64,000 nt of DNA. It comes from Octopus sinensis. Lineage: Eukaryota. Location: contig NC_043000.1 in assembly GCF_006345805.1 (NCBI RefSeq), positions 57,102,001-57,166,000 on the forward strand, given 5' to 3'. Numbering within the stretch: the stretch's first letter is position 1; every line of letters starts with the position of its first letter. The translations under genes and the position numbers were made by a program. This document shows positions 38,196-51,285 of this stretch, piece after piece. The notes under the pieces are model-generated. The model had not been told where the DNA came from, searched no databases, and saw only the letters and a list, made by a program, of their open reading frames with translations.

Positions 38196-39974
38196 TGATA
38201 ATAATAATGACCACTAAAGGCTAGGTCATTAGATTCACACAAAGTACATTCCTGGTAATAATGTATGTTATTTCCTTTTTGCAGTTTCTTGTTATGCTTT
38301 CTTAATTAACATTTATGTGTGTGGGTGGCGAGTGAGGGATGTAGTGTCTGCCAGAATATAAATGCTATCAGTGAGATGTGTTAAATGTTTCGCCAGTTGA
38401 AACTATATTTAAGTAGATGTTAATGTATCTATTTCCACATGATCACACATATATGTATATCATCATCATTATCTTCATTTAATGTCCAACAAGCTAGGTA
38501 ATATTTTCCATGCCCAGACATGTTTTCCACGGAAGACTTGAAAGGGACACCGCCACTTGTATGAGGGTAATACTCATTTACAACCATAATATGATAGCAA
38601 GACAAATGTACACACAAACACATATGTAAACACAGTCAGCATATCAGTAAAACTCAATTCTCTAGAAAAACCAACCAGTTGATAATGTTTTGCTCAGGAG
38701 TATAGGCATATTTCTCTCATGAATGCTTTATTGGCTACTAGAAAATCATATTTCACTATTATAATCTATACACAATGACATGCAACACAATAGCTATGAG
38801 ATTTTCTTCTTGAGCTACTAACAAACACATGAGCATGAATTCAAAAGCTATTGCAACTGTTGCAATCTACTATTGAACAGGGTCCATAACTCTACTTACC
38901 TCAGTTTACATGGCTGGCAAATTCTCTTCCTAATTTGTTTTAAAAAAGATAATCTAACTGAATCTATCATCTCAATTTTTAGGTGAAAAAATTCATCTGA
39001 AGGAATCCTCTCTCCAACTTGTATTGTAAGTCTGTAGGTGTGGCAATAACTTCTTAACTTGACTTACTTGAAAACCCAAGTTTGATTCCCAGTTGGACAC
39101 CTTGGCTGATGAACTTAGTGTTCACTTAATGTTCTTAAGAAAGACTTAAAAGTTACTCTCCAATCATACATCTGACCCATGTATATCAGAAATCGTTTGT
39201 GTGCGCTTTTAATGCTAACTATGAAAATTCTCTCAATTCTGACACAAGCGGAACTGTATTTTTCATGTGTAAAAGAATTGAATTTATATAATGATGGGCG
39301 TTATTTTTGTTGTACTTTCATTGGGTTGAAATGTCCTTTAATATCATGATATGGAAAATTTCATTTATAAAAACTGAAATACAAAACTATCTTTTAATTT
39401 CAAGAACCATTTAAGAAAATAAACCTTCCTTTCATATATATATATATATATATAGGGAGAGAGAGAGAGGGGGGGATATACAAGTTCTGAACATTGTCAA
39501 AAGATTGGGTTTGATAATCAGGGAAGGTATTTTTATCTTGAAAACTGAGGCTCTGAAAGAAGCCCTTATATGCTAAAGTGTGCAAATCTGCTTCAAATTA
39601 TTTATCTCAGATTTTCATTGTTTCAGACAGACTGTTCTAATCTTCTCTCCTATTAACTGTTTTGTGCAAAAAGTGTGAACTCTTGGAAATGTAATTGATT
39701 TCAGGATCTCATGAGGAAGCTATTCAGGAGTGGTTTCCTCTTATCTACTCTAATATACATGGTAAGATTTCATCTCAGCATTGCATGATAACAGAACATT
39801 TGTTAATAAAACATTGGTTCTGTGTATACAGTTGTAAAACTTGAGTTGCTCATTTACAGCAAGATGGATTTTGAGCTGCTTATTTACAGTAAGGTGGATT
39901 TAGCAAGTACACTTAACCCTTTCCTTAGTTATTATAACCGTCATCTCTAGGTATGATATGAATCATCAATTCTC

Positions 39975-40018
<44 letters not shown>

Positions 40019-41579
40019 CCTCTTTGTGTCTGTAAAAGAGAGAGAAGGAGAGAAAAAGAAAATAAGCCTGTTGACTTAATTGACCAGCTGTGACTTTTGC
40101 TCTCGTGCATATTTCTATCAGTCTGACTCATTTAATAGCTGAGATCAATGGACTAAATCCCCCAAGATCTAAACATTATATGTTAGTCCTGGCTATTTTT
40201 CCTTTATGGTCTATTTTTTTCAAAAAGGATCGAGAATTATTTTCCTCTCGCTTTTTATTCAGTATTTTTGAAGAACAAGAATTTTTAGTCTAAATATAGT
40301 TACAGTCTTTCTCCTCTCCTTCCTACCCGTCTCCATTGTCTTTGACCAATAGCAAGTCTTTTGGAATTCTATTCTCTAATCCATGCATATTCAGTCTTGG
40401 CGAAAACTTTAAAGTGCTGTTCACTGAAATGGAGAATTATTAGAGCAAATGAACCTTTTCATAGAATGCTGTCCCTTATAGTGAATCAGACATCACACTG
40501 TGTTTCATTGCATTACAAGAATCAATGTAAAACTTGAAAGAGATGTTTAGGCCAGTTAAATTTCACACATCATGCATATATGTTGTGACCAGTTCTTATT
40601 TACAGAGTTGTAACAGAGTAATGACCCCCCCCCCTCTTCTTTTCAATAAATTCCTTGTCTGCATAGTTGTTTCATTGCTACCAGCATGCTAGCTTATTTT
40701 TAATTATTGATTCGGGTTTAGCTTTAAATGTCCATTAATTGAATTCCTATACAAACATTTACTGACTCATACAATCTTGTGTAGTTATTGCTTCTTTCAC
40801 TTTAAAGAACATTTGTTACAACTGACTTGTTTATACATATTATCACACCGTATAGATTTATAGTACATATATGATCAAACAAAGGAGCAGCTACATGGTC
40901 ATTCAACCTGCTAGAAATAACAAACTTCAGTCATACTCTACCACCTAAAAATAAAATTAAAAAAGGGAATTTAAAAAAAAAAAAAAAAGGGACAAGTTTG
41001 CCTCTGGTCATAGGTTTACTCAGTGCATTTGGGGCTAAGCATCAACTACAATAAAGTCATAGATATAGAAAAAGACTGCACCTTGGCTGATGAACTTTTG
41101 ATCATAGACCTGTTGGGTCAGAATAAGCCTTAGACTTAACAATAACATTAGTAGATATATTCAACTGTGTAATTTGATTCTACTACAAACCACTTCATAT
41201 AGATATCATCCAGCTATAAAGGAGAACATTTTAACTTATATTTACTTGTGTAAGAGAGAAGTGGGGAAAATAGATATTAGATGATAGCATATGGAATTAG
41301 AAGTTCTAAAGCTATGAAAAGCAATCATAAATCTGCTTAGTTGATAAAGATAGAAAAGTACTAAGTGTTTTAATTTTCTAATCGAGCTAAGTTTGCATTA
41401 AATTGTGTAGTTTGTAATTAATCTAGATATACTAAAATATGAAATATATCCATTGTATAAGTGTTTCCGGATGGCAATGTTATCTCTTTGTTTTCATTTT
41501 TTGAATTTTTATCTTTGAAAATATCAATTAAGAAGAATCATGTTTATGTTTGTATGCTAATATACATAGCATAATGATT

Positions 41580-41790
41580 TCAAATTTTGGCACAAGGTCA
41601 GCAATTTTGGGAGCAGAGGTAAGTCAATTTCATCAACCCCCAATGATTAACTGGTACTTATTTTATTGACCAGTAAAGGATGAAAAGTAAATTCAACCTG
41701 AGCAGAATTTGAACTAAGAACTTACAGACAAAATGTCACTAAACATTTTGCTCAATGCGCTAACAATTCTGCCAACTCACCGCCTTAATT
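41580..41790 (-). mobile_element. SINE family 2 copy
   Basis: Reverse complement of 11593-11790, ending ctgccaactcaccgcctt; similar minus-strand copies at about 26975-27175 and 29320-29480. Confidence 0.75.
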
Positions 41791-42094
41791 TACGTAGCAT
41801 GATATGTGAATAATCATAATTTTACTTCTTAGAAAAGTCACATTAAGTGGGATGTCTCTTATTCAACCCAAATTAGATCAAATAAAACAAGGTAGGTGGT
41901 ATGTATGTGTGTAAATAATGTAAAATTAGCATGTGTTTATGTTTTGTGCCTGTTGTTGTTTCTGTGTAATAGTTTCATATTAGAATCCAGGAATTTGGAT
42001 GCAGCAATCTCCAACAGTCTGCTATAAAAGTCTGCTGAAGGTTTCAGTGTCCAAACATCTGGACACTAGTAAGAAACCAGGCTATGGAAACAAG

Positions 42095-42222
42095 ATAGCT
42101 AGATAGATAGACAGACAGATAGATATTGATTGATAGATAGATATTGATTGATAGATAGATATTGATTGATTGATAGATAGATAGATATTGATTGATAGAT
42201 AGATAGACAGACAGACAGACAA
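42095..42222. repeat. (GATA)/(GATT)/(GACA) compound tetranucleotide repeat
   Basis: Directly visible; recurring unit gatagatattgatt. Confidence 0.9.
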
Positions 42223-42810
42223 AAACAAACAGACATTATGCTCTGTGCCTGTGTGTTAAGCACCATGGTGTTTACCATTGCTGCATGCTGTTTTCACCAT
42301 GTGTGTGTGTATGAATATTGTTATCTTCATTGTTTTAATGCCTACTGGACTAAACAACACTGACTGAGGTAATCTTGTTCTAACCAGGTTCCTTTACAGT
42401 TACCAACCTACACTTGTTTCCAAGTAAGGTAGTATTTCCCCTGGTCTTTCAAACAATGAAATGTTCAGTGTTTGGGTATGTTTTTGTGGTGAGATTGTTT
42501 TTACGTAATGTGCAAATAGTGATGGCAAACAGATGCACAAAGACACAATTACTTCCATATAGTTTCTCCCAACCAATTTTACTCAAATGTATTAGTTAAC
42601 TCGAGACTATGAGTCAACAGTAAAAAAAAATCTGTTCATAGTGCTAGGTAGTGAGAATTAGCTTGAACCATATGGTTGTGAAGCAAACTTGAAAATCACA
42701 TGGTCATGCCTGTGCCTCTTGAATAAATTCAACGTGACAATTCAATAATGGGGCTCTACATATGGAAACGTAGCTTGTACATTTATCTACACACACACAG
42801 GCACACACAC

Positions 42811-43206
42811 CTTTTATCTTCTGTTTGAATCATTAGACTGCAACTATGCTGGGACGCTGCCTTGAGAAATTTTAGTCAATCTATTCAACCCTAGTACTTA
42901 TTTTCTTTTTCTAAGCCTGGTACTTATTCTCTTTGGTCCCCATTTGCCCACCCACTAAATCATGGGAATGTAAACATACCAACGCCAGTTGTCAAGTGGT
43001 GGTGGTGGGAGACAAACATGGACACAAAGATACACACATATACAATGGGCTTCTTTCAGTTTCCATCCACCAAATTCACTCACAAGGCTTTGGTCAGCCT
43101 CTAGGCTATAGTAGAAGACACTTGCTTAAGATGCCATGCAGTGGGACTGAACCTGAGACTATGTGGTTGGGAAGTAAACTTCTGGCCACACAGCCATGCC
43201 TGCACC
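42811..43206 (-). mobile_element. SINE family 1 copy
   Basis: Homologous along its length to 10021-10439. Confidence 0.85.
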
Positions 43207-46200
43207 TATTACACATTTGTTCAGAGCTGATGATTCCATCAGTACCCTGATATTTTCACAAGGCCCTCTGAGTTGCAAGGGAGTGAGTGAATCTTGAGCA
43301 TCAAACAAACAGATAAACACTTTTTCATGTATTGAATGTAATTTCTCCCATTTGTTCTGCTCATATTCTACTGTACTGTGTTCTTGTGGCAAACTAGCCT
43401 AAACGTTTTTAATCTATCTTAGTGATTATTAGACATCAACAGATATTACAAGTCTTATACAAATCGTATCCATCCCCACTCCCTAAAAAAAAAAAAAAAG
43501 CAAAGATGATTCTTTATTGTTTTTGTTATTTTCACTCACTACTGCTATAACTGCTAAATTTTCTAGAATAAATTCCTTAGTTTTTTAACTAAAAAAAAAA
43601 AGAAAAAGAAAAATTATAAATAAATAATATAAAATCCTAACTACTTAAATGATACAAAATCTTGAGTAGCTGTAATTATAAGTGACAAGCTATAATGTAA
43701 GGAAATAATGGTGGTCTGCAACAGAAAAGGAGACATCAGGACAAGAAGAAAAGCTTTTCTGATTCTTCAGTAAAGTACACAGCTTGAAATATTAAGTTTT
43801 CTTTTTCTTCTAACATTTTACTTTTCACTTTTATTTATTTATTTTTGAATTTGTGTGTGTGTTTTCAAATGAATTTTGTTATTAATATGCTATTGTTTTG
43901 TCTACCTTGTGTTGGGTTGGAAAACAATCTTATTAACAATAGCAACAAAAATGCTGTTAATTCGGTTGTTAATCAATTTTCATTTATTATGCAATCAATG
44001 ATTCATTTAACAACTTTTTTAAAATTTTTTCTCTCCTCTCTTACACACACACATACATACATTCATATATATATATACACACACACACAACCATACATGC
44101 ATACACAAGAGGAATTCTTGGAGGACCAGCTACATATCACTGGAGACGGTAGAGAAGGTATCTCGATGTTTCTAAAAAGGAGTGACTGGTAGTGTCTGCA
44201 ATTTGCCACTTGTACAGTTTCTGTTTAATGTTCTAAACACCAGCTTTATGAGAGACCTGCTACATGGTTGTTCAACCTGCTAAAAATAGTAGCCAAATTC
44301 CCCTCAAATTTCACCTTGTCTTCTAAAAAATATGGAAACATTGGATGGAAAACAGAGGGATGCTTTTATCATAGATCTGCTTAATTATGTTTCACCTTAG
44401 ATTAAACACCAACAACAATATCCAATAAATGTTTAAATTACTTTACTTAATCCATCTAAATTCTCTATTATTTTCCAAATACACATAGTATATTATATTT
44501 CATTTGAAATATCATGATTATCATTTCAATAACTCTATGAATGTTCAATGGTTATGTTAATCTAATATATAAAGGGCAACATTACTTATATTTATTTTCT
44601 TACATTCATCAACTCAGAAATCTTTAAACAGTAAATCATATTACTTGTTCAGCCCTAGCTTCTCTGACTGAAGAAGTCCATTTGATACATTGAGGCATTA
44701 TATCTCTCCCAGAGCTCTAATAATTATCCTTCTTATATTACACGTAACAGCTGTGGCTCTATATCTGTCTATATCTTCCGCAACTTATCTTAGTTTATTA
44801 GTAAGTAAAACCTTACTACATTATTGGTCATGTGACTAAGAAGAGAAACAAAACACCTAGTAACCATGTAAAAAAAAAAAAAAAGAAATTGTGTTGAAAA
44901 ATGTGTGTTAAACCAGATAGTGTTTGGTAGTGACAAGAAGAATATAAGTGCTAAAAATATTCAAAGTATCCCACTTCATGTTTCAGGTTGTCTTCTGTTA
45001 CATAGACATATATTTGTGAATGTGTGTGTTTACTAACGTATTGATCAAACAAACCATGTGTTCAGGTCATTCATTGTTATGATTTTGTAATGGTAATGGA
45101 TATAGTGCTCTTAGACTTCAATAACACATTCGCACCGGCTGCCAAACCTGTGTCACATGACCATATTAGGTACTATCTCTTTTAGTCATTTACTCTGAAA
45201 TATTCTTCAATGGAATTTGTTTATAGTTTAACAATCACTAAGATTTTTTCTCATTTTTGGAAAATTTAGAATGGAAACTGAGAACTAGTTCATTACAACT
45301 TTATAATAGAGATTAAAAGAAAACGATAAAGAAAAAAAAAACTAGCTTAACTGCAGATTTTAGGTGGATAGGTGCACCCTAATTATTCAGAAATGATTCC
45401 AGCATATTAGTATTTATTTCATAAATTTTATTGATATGAACAAAATCCACAACTTTCTTGAATTATCATTGAGTTGTCATGTTTCCTCTCTTACTGTGAC
45501 ATCTCTTGACTTGTTTTTTGCTCTGTTCTTACAGTAGTCTTTATCATACCCGAAAGAAGAATTTGCTTCATTGTCATTCTGTTTGAGAATTATGTTAAAG
45601 ATACTCTTGTCTGTTGGATATTCAACCACTTGCATGTTGACTTGGTTGTTTGAACCACTGAATCTTCATCCAGAAATACCAGATATTCCTCCTACACCAC
45701 CAGCAATGCCATTATATATATATATATATATATATATATCTGTTACCAGTTCAAATATGCTCAAGACATATCTGAACCTGTAAGAAAGTCATTCACTGTA
45801 TTTTGCCGTGAAGAAAATTTCTCACTGTAGACAGATAGGTGTAAATACAGAGTCAGTCTGCAGCATTCCCTAAGCAGACTAGTGGATGCATGCATTTCAG
45901 TGTGGTTATCTCCTCTTCAGTACCAGAAACCGGATAGGCAAATGCTGTGAACTGATAAGATAGCATGGTCCCTCTTATTGTATACCCATCATCATATAGT
46001 GACTGGTTGCATTAGTTGGCTGCTTGGTGTAAATAAAATACAGGATGAAAGCGTTTAGCAGTGATCTGTTTAAATACAAACTTGTTGCCAGTTCAAATAT
46101 GCTTGAGGCATATTTATACCCGTATGAAACCTGTATATATATATATATATTAGAAGAAATAAGGTACTCAGAATTTCAGATGGTTTTATATTTACAGATA

Positions 46201-46245
46201 TTTATTTGTATATTACATGTTTTTATACATCATATAACTTATATC

Positions 46246-46290
46246 ATATATTAGCGCTTTCGTCCATTCTGGTGGATTTTTCAAATATAT
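46246..46290 (-). ncRNA. Minimal type I hammerhead ribozyme-like motif (Penelope type), U3-A8 core variant
   Basis: Minus strand reads AUAUAU UUGAAAA AUCCA-CCAGAA-UGGAC GAA AGCGCU A AUAUAU: stem I, core, stem II, GAAA, palindromic stem III and NUH triplet CUA. Confidence 0.5.
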
Positions 46291-46336
46291 ATATATATCT
46301 GACTGACATTAATAATGTATTTCTTTATTTTTTCAG

Positions 46337-46461
46337 TGATTACCAAAATCCAAACAACACAAGGTTGTCCATACAATATAAACCAAGATCTCCTATTTAT
46401 TCAGTAGTGGATTTTACACCTACTCTTCTTAATTATTCATTATTTTAAAAAAATTTACAAG
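46337..46461 (+). other. Candidate non-coding (UTR or lncRNA) exon, 125 nt
   Basis: Branch-point-like ctgac, pyrimidine tract and tttcag acceptor; donor AAG|GTAAGC; stop codons in all three frames. Confidence 0.5.
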
Positions 46462-48306
46462 GTAAGCACCAGTTTTTCTTTCTGACAAGAAATGTAAAAA
46501 AATTGTTTCGTTTAAAGTTTTTATAACTTTTAGAGCCTTCATCAGACATAATAATGCTTCATTAAACACAAGTTAAATTTTTCAACTAATTTCCTCAATA
46601 ACATTGGTAATATATTATTGACCATGGAGGAACAATAAAAGTAAAATATTTCAGGATTTTGAATAAATAATCATAATGTAATATTGTGATATATTTAGTT
46701 CAGTATTGTCATGATAATCTTCTTCATTTCTCGTATAAAATATTGAATTTAAACTTTGATGCATGACCATATTTACTTGCCCTCAGTACAGGACTAATAT
46801 TTGATTCATTGATCTTGACAAAGTTGAACTTGAAAGTTAAACATAGAAGGCCCTGAAATACTGAATTGTCTTTGATGTAATGCTGTATTATTTGTTGCCC
46901 ACTTCACTCTACATTACAATAATGATGACAATGATGGCAGCAATTGTTGTTCTTCCTTAATGTATTATTAACTGAGAGTTGAAATGTGATGATCTTCAAA
47001 ATAATTTGTAGCCTGTTGCATAAATGGAACTCAGTTTAGTGTTAGCGAATTGCAAATCAATCTCCCTTCTCTTGTATTAGATTGCACACTGGGAATAGAA
47101 TACATGGTATGAGTTTTCAGGTACAATATATCTTCTTTTCTAAGTCAGGAGGGCCTTATTTGAGAGTTACTTAGCTGCTATTTCTGGAAGATTGAACAAC
47201 TACAGAGAGATTTCCTTGCTGGCTTGGAATCCTTTCATCATCAGGTGTCATCTGTTCTTGTGTTGAATACCATAGATTGCTATTTTGATCTTCCTTGTGC
47301 TCTCCTTATACATTCACTGAGTTTTTAAGTGCGTACAATTCTAGATATTGTCCATATAATTCTATAAACTTTGTCTCATAAAATTCTCTCAATTTTTGTT
47401 AGTTTTCAGTACTTCATCATTGGTTTTGTGTTCTCTCCTTTTGTCACTCTTCATGTTTCACTTCTGTGTAGTAGAGTGGATTGTACACAACATAGTCATA
47501 GTTTCTTTCTAGTTTCAGTATTAATGTTTCTTAGTAACAATGTATTTCACACCTTTTCAGCTGACTATCTGGCTATCTTTTTTTTTTTAATCTATATATT
47601 TCTGCTTCACTTTTCCTGTTTTCTTGTTGCATATATGCAGGTACATTTGTGACTGTTCAATCGGTTTTTCTCAATTATATTTATTTGTAGAGACATTTTA
47701 GTCTGTCAATATTGCAATTTAGATTCTACCAGACCTAATTTATAATGGAATGGTTAACATTATGCTGAGACTGTAAAGTAGAGGATAATACATTTTGTGC
47801 AAAAGTTGTCCTGACAGTTCATAGAAATGGAAATATCAAGACTTTTTTTTAGAACCAAACCAATGTATGAAAATATGTGTGTATGTGGGACACCTGTGAT
47901 GGAAAATGCCACAGAATAGCAGCAAAATTTGGCGAGAAAAATACACTAATGAATTGGTTTCAGTTTTAGAATATTTTTCATTTGACTTGCAGCCTGAAAG
48001 TATATACATGCGCGCTCACGCACACACACATACAGAGTTAAATGCAGATAGTTATATATATCTGTCTATATAGATAAATACAGATAGATAGATATCTGTA
48101 TATGCTGCAATAGATAAATGTCTGGCGTTATGCCTATCTGAAGAATGCAATCCAATGGAAAGTTACTTTTGTGTATTATCCCCAGGGAACAATGACATCA
48201 TAGCAACTTATCTTAGGAACAAGGAATATGTACACACCCACATACTTTCTCCCATGTGTCAAGTTTTCAAAGATTAAACATGGTTTAATGCTACATAATT
48301 TGTGGA

Positions 48307-48310
<4 letters not shown>

Positions 48311-48386
<76 letters not shown>
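48311..48386. repeat. (CT)n microsatellite
   Basis: Directly visible; another at about 39975-40015. Confidence 0.95.
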
Positions 48387-48390
<4 letters not shown>

Positions 48391-49138
48391 CACACAGGGT
48401 AGAATTTGACAGAATACTGTAGCTGTAGGGTAAATGAGAATGATGGTAGCAACAGTGAGGCAGTGATTGAAATATGAGATAGCAAACTGCTGCTACTCAG
48501 GGTTTTGCATTAACTACTAGTTAACAGTTGATGCAGAACTCTGCTTAAGCAATGTTGCTAGTGATTGACACAAAGCTTTGGATTGCAACAATGTTGTGGC
48601 ATCTCAGATTTGTATATGTTTGAAAACATCAATATTTTAACATATACACCTTCTCCTTGACTTACAACTGAGTTCTGTTCCAAATGACAGCTCATAAGTC
48701 CATCTGGTTGTATGTTGGATTTATATTTTTGAACACTATTTTCATTGAAACACAACTGATGCTTGAAAGCAACTGAGTGAGAGACAGTAGCAGGCAGTGA
48801 ATGCCTGAGTCTGAGGGAAGCCTGTGTTGCCAGATGCTGCCATAGTTATCGTAGCTGGCCAGTGTCCAAAAATCAGTTTATTTATTTATTTATTTTTTGT
48901 GGTCATAAGTCGCACAGGTTGTAAGTTAAGGAGAAGGTATAAATATTACATTTTTCAATGGTAGCATATGGTATGTTATGTTAGAGAAAAACACATACAT
49001 ACAAAGTCAAGAAGTTTGAGAGTTGAATATATATTTATGCAACTGAGTGACTTCCATAGGATTATGGCTGTTTCACAACCTTTTCCATGTAATATTAATT
49101 TCAGTATGCAAGAGAACATGCTTACATATGTGCATGAA

Positions 49139-49354
49139 CCCTTTAGCATTTAAACTGGTTATATCCAGCCCAGATATTGTACCTGTTTTATGTTTAGACT
49201 GGACATACCTGGTCTCTTGCATGTAGCCTACAATGTCATTCTAAAAATACACAATCTCTTCATCAAACTCTTAAAGCTATGAGATAATGAATGATAAATT
49301 TAAAACAAAGTGAATAAATAAGTATCTTGACAAAGTTATCTGAATGCTAAAGGG
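49139..49354. mobile_element. Complete piggyBac-like MITE family A (216 bp)
   Basis: Perfect 12-bp TIR CCCTTTAGCATT ... AATGCTAAAGGG, flanked by tgaa and ttaa (decayed TTAA TSD). Confidence 0.8.
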
Positions 49355-49694
49355 TTAATATGTTTATTTAACATTATACTATACAATTGTATATTCACAA
49401 ATTAATGCCACTAAAGAAAGCAAGCTCATCATATCACAAACCAAAGGTGGTCATACTCTAAATGAAATATTAAATTTACTTAAATGATTAAATAAAATAT
49501 AAATAATTGTACACTAATAATAAATTATACAAGTTTATTAAAATGGTACTGTACAAGGTATTAATTTGTATAAGGCACCACTAAAGTAGAGTGGTAGCTG
49601 CTGGAATTTGAAGTTACTGCTCATAAATCTGTACATATTATAAGGTGTTCTGTACCATCACTGTCTTGAAAGTTGTTGTACCTGTATATAGATT

Positions 49695-49942
49695 ATTTTT
49701 CCTTATTTCAGTATTTGGACTGTGGCCATGCTGGGGCACCATCTTTGAGCATTTTACTTGATTACCTTGACCTCAGTACTCATTTCAGCTTTGTACTTAT
49801 TTTATCCAATGTATATTTGTGAAATTCCTAATTTTCACTTTTTCATGTAATACTGGTTTTATACAAGTAAATGCAAACATGAATAATACAGGTAGGCACA
49901 TACTATGTATGTATGTATGTATGTATGTCTCTGTGTGTGTGT

Positions 49943-49991
<49 letters not shown>

Positions 49992-50162
49992 TGTGTGTGT
50001 ATGTATGTATGTAGATTGCTTTTTCTTGGGTTTCTTCTACCTAATTCCACTTACAAAATATTGGTCAAACTGATGTTAACAGTAGAAGATACTTATCCAA
50101 GGTACAATCCAGTAGGACCAGACCTGGAACTACACAGTTCCAAAGAGACCATCTTAACCACT
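49695..50162 (-). mobile_element. Degenerate SINE family 1 copy with internal (TG)n
   Basis: ggactgtggccatgctggggcacc ... agtagaagatacttatccaaggtac. Confidence 0.65.
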
Positions 50163-50844
50163 TTATTCTGAGTGTGTGTGTGTATCACAATTATTACTTT
50201 TTTTTAAATTAATCATTTTTTTTTAATGTCTGACCTTTGCTATATTTTGCACTATTTCCCTTCTTGCATTAAGTGGGATTTTGAATTGTCTTAAAAATAA
50301 CAAGTACATATTGGTAACTTTCCAATAATCATTTACAGGCAATTGGTAAGCATTTGTACTTTTCTGTTCAGATTATTGCTTATAGCATTTAGGTTCATGT
50401 CTTTATATATTTTTATTATTGTTTGGTTGTTAAGGAATGATGTTTTCTCTACTTATTTATACAAGAATTAGCAACTATACTTAGCAATTCCAGTATCATT
50501 TCTTCTGTTAGAAAGAATATTAGCGCTCAGTGCCATATTCTTAGAATATAATAAATATAAATATAAGATGCAGATATAGCTAGTTAAGAAGTTCACTTTG
50601 CAGCCATATTGTTTCTGGTTTAATCCCACTGCACGGCACAGCCTTAGTAGAATTTGTTAGCCAGAAATTGTGCTGAAGCCTATTGTTTATATGTGCATAT
50701 GTTTGTGTATGTATCCTGTTTACTGATATATCAAGTTGTTCTGCTTTGATTGTGCAACAAAAAAATAGTGATTCAGTAAGTGTAAATTTGATAAAATAAG
50801 CACAAGATGGAGAAAAGCCCTGAAGTTAATATAATCATTGTAAG

Positions 50845-51285
50845 AAGAAACTTGCTTCCCAACCATATGGTTCCAGGTTCATTCCCACTGTGTGGCACCT
50901 TGGGCAAGTGTCTCTCTCCTACTATAGCCTTGGGCCAACCAAAGCATTGTGAGTGGATTTGGTAAATGGAAAGTGAAAGAAGCCCATTATATATATATAT
51001 GTATGTGTGTGTATATATATATGTTTGTGTGTGTGTGTATACGTCCCCGTAACTTAGTGATTCAGCAAAAGAGACCAATAGAATAAGTACTAGGCTTATG
51101 AAGAATAAGTCCTTGAGTTGATTTCATTGACTAAAAAAAACCCTTTAATGTGGTGCTCCAGCATGGCCATAGTAAAATGACTGAAACAAGTAAAAGAATA
51201 AAAGAACTAAAAGACCCTTCAGGTTGGTACCCCAGCATGGCCACAGTTAAGTGACTGAAAACCAGTAATAGGTGAAAAGAATACA
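50845..51285 (+). mobile_element. SINE family 1 copy with duplicated 3' end
   Basis: Full body at 50845-51205, then a second ccagcatggccacagt...gactgaaa at 51210-51285. Confidence 0.8.

Noticed and set aside
44669-44700. Hammerhead core-like CTGAAGA AGTCC
   Set aside because: No closing stem II or GAAA downstream.
48415-48940. Possible Tc1/pogo-type MITE ending ggtcataagtcgcacaggttgtaagttaagg
   Set aside because: I could not find a matching left TIR, so the boundaries are unsupported.
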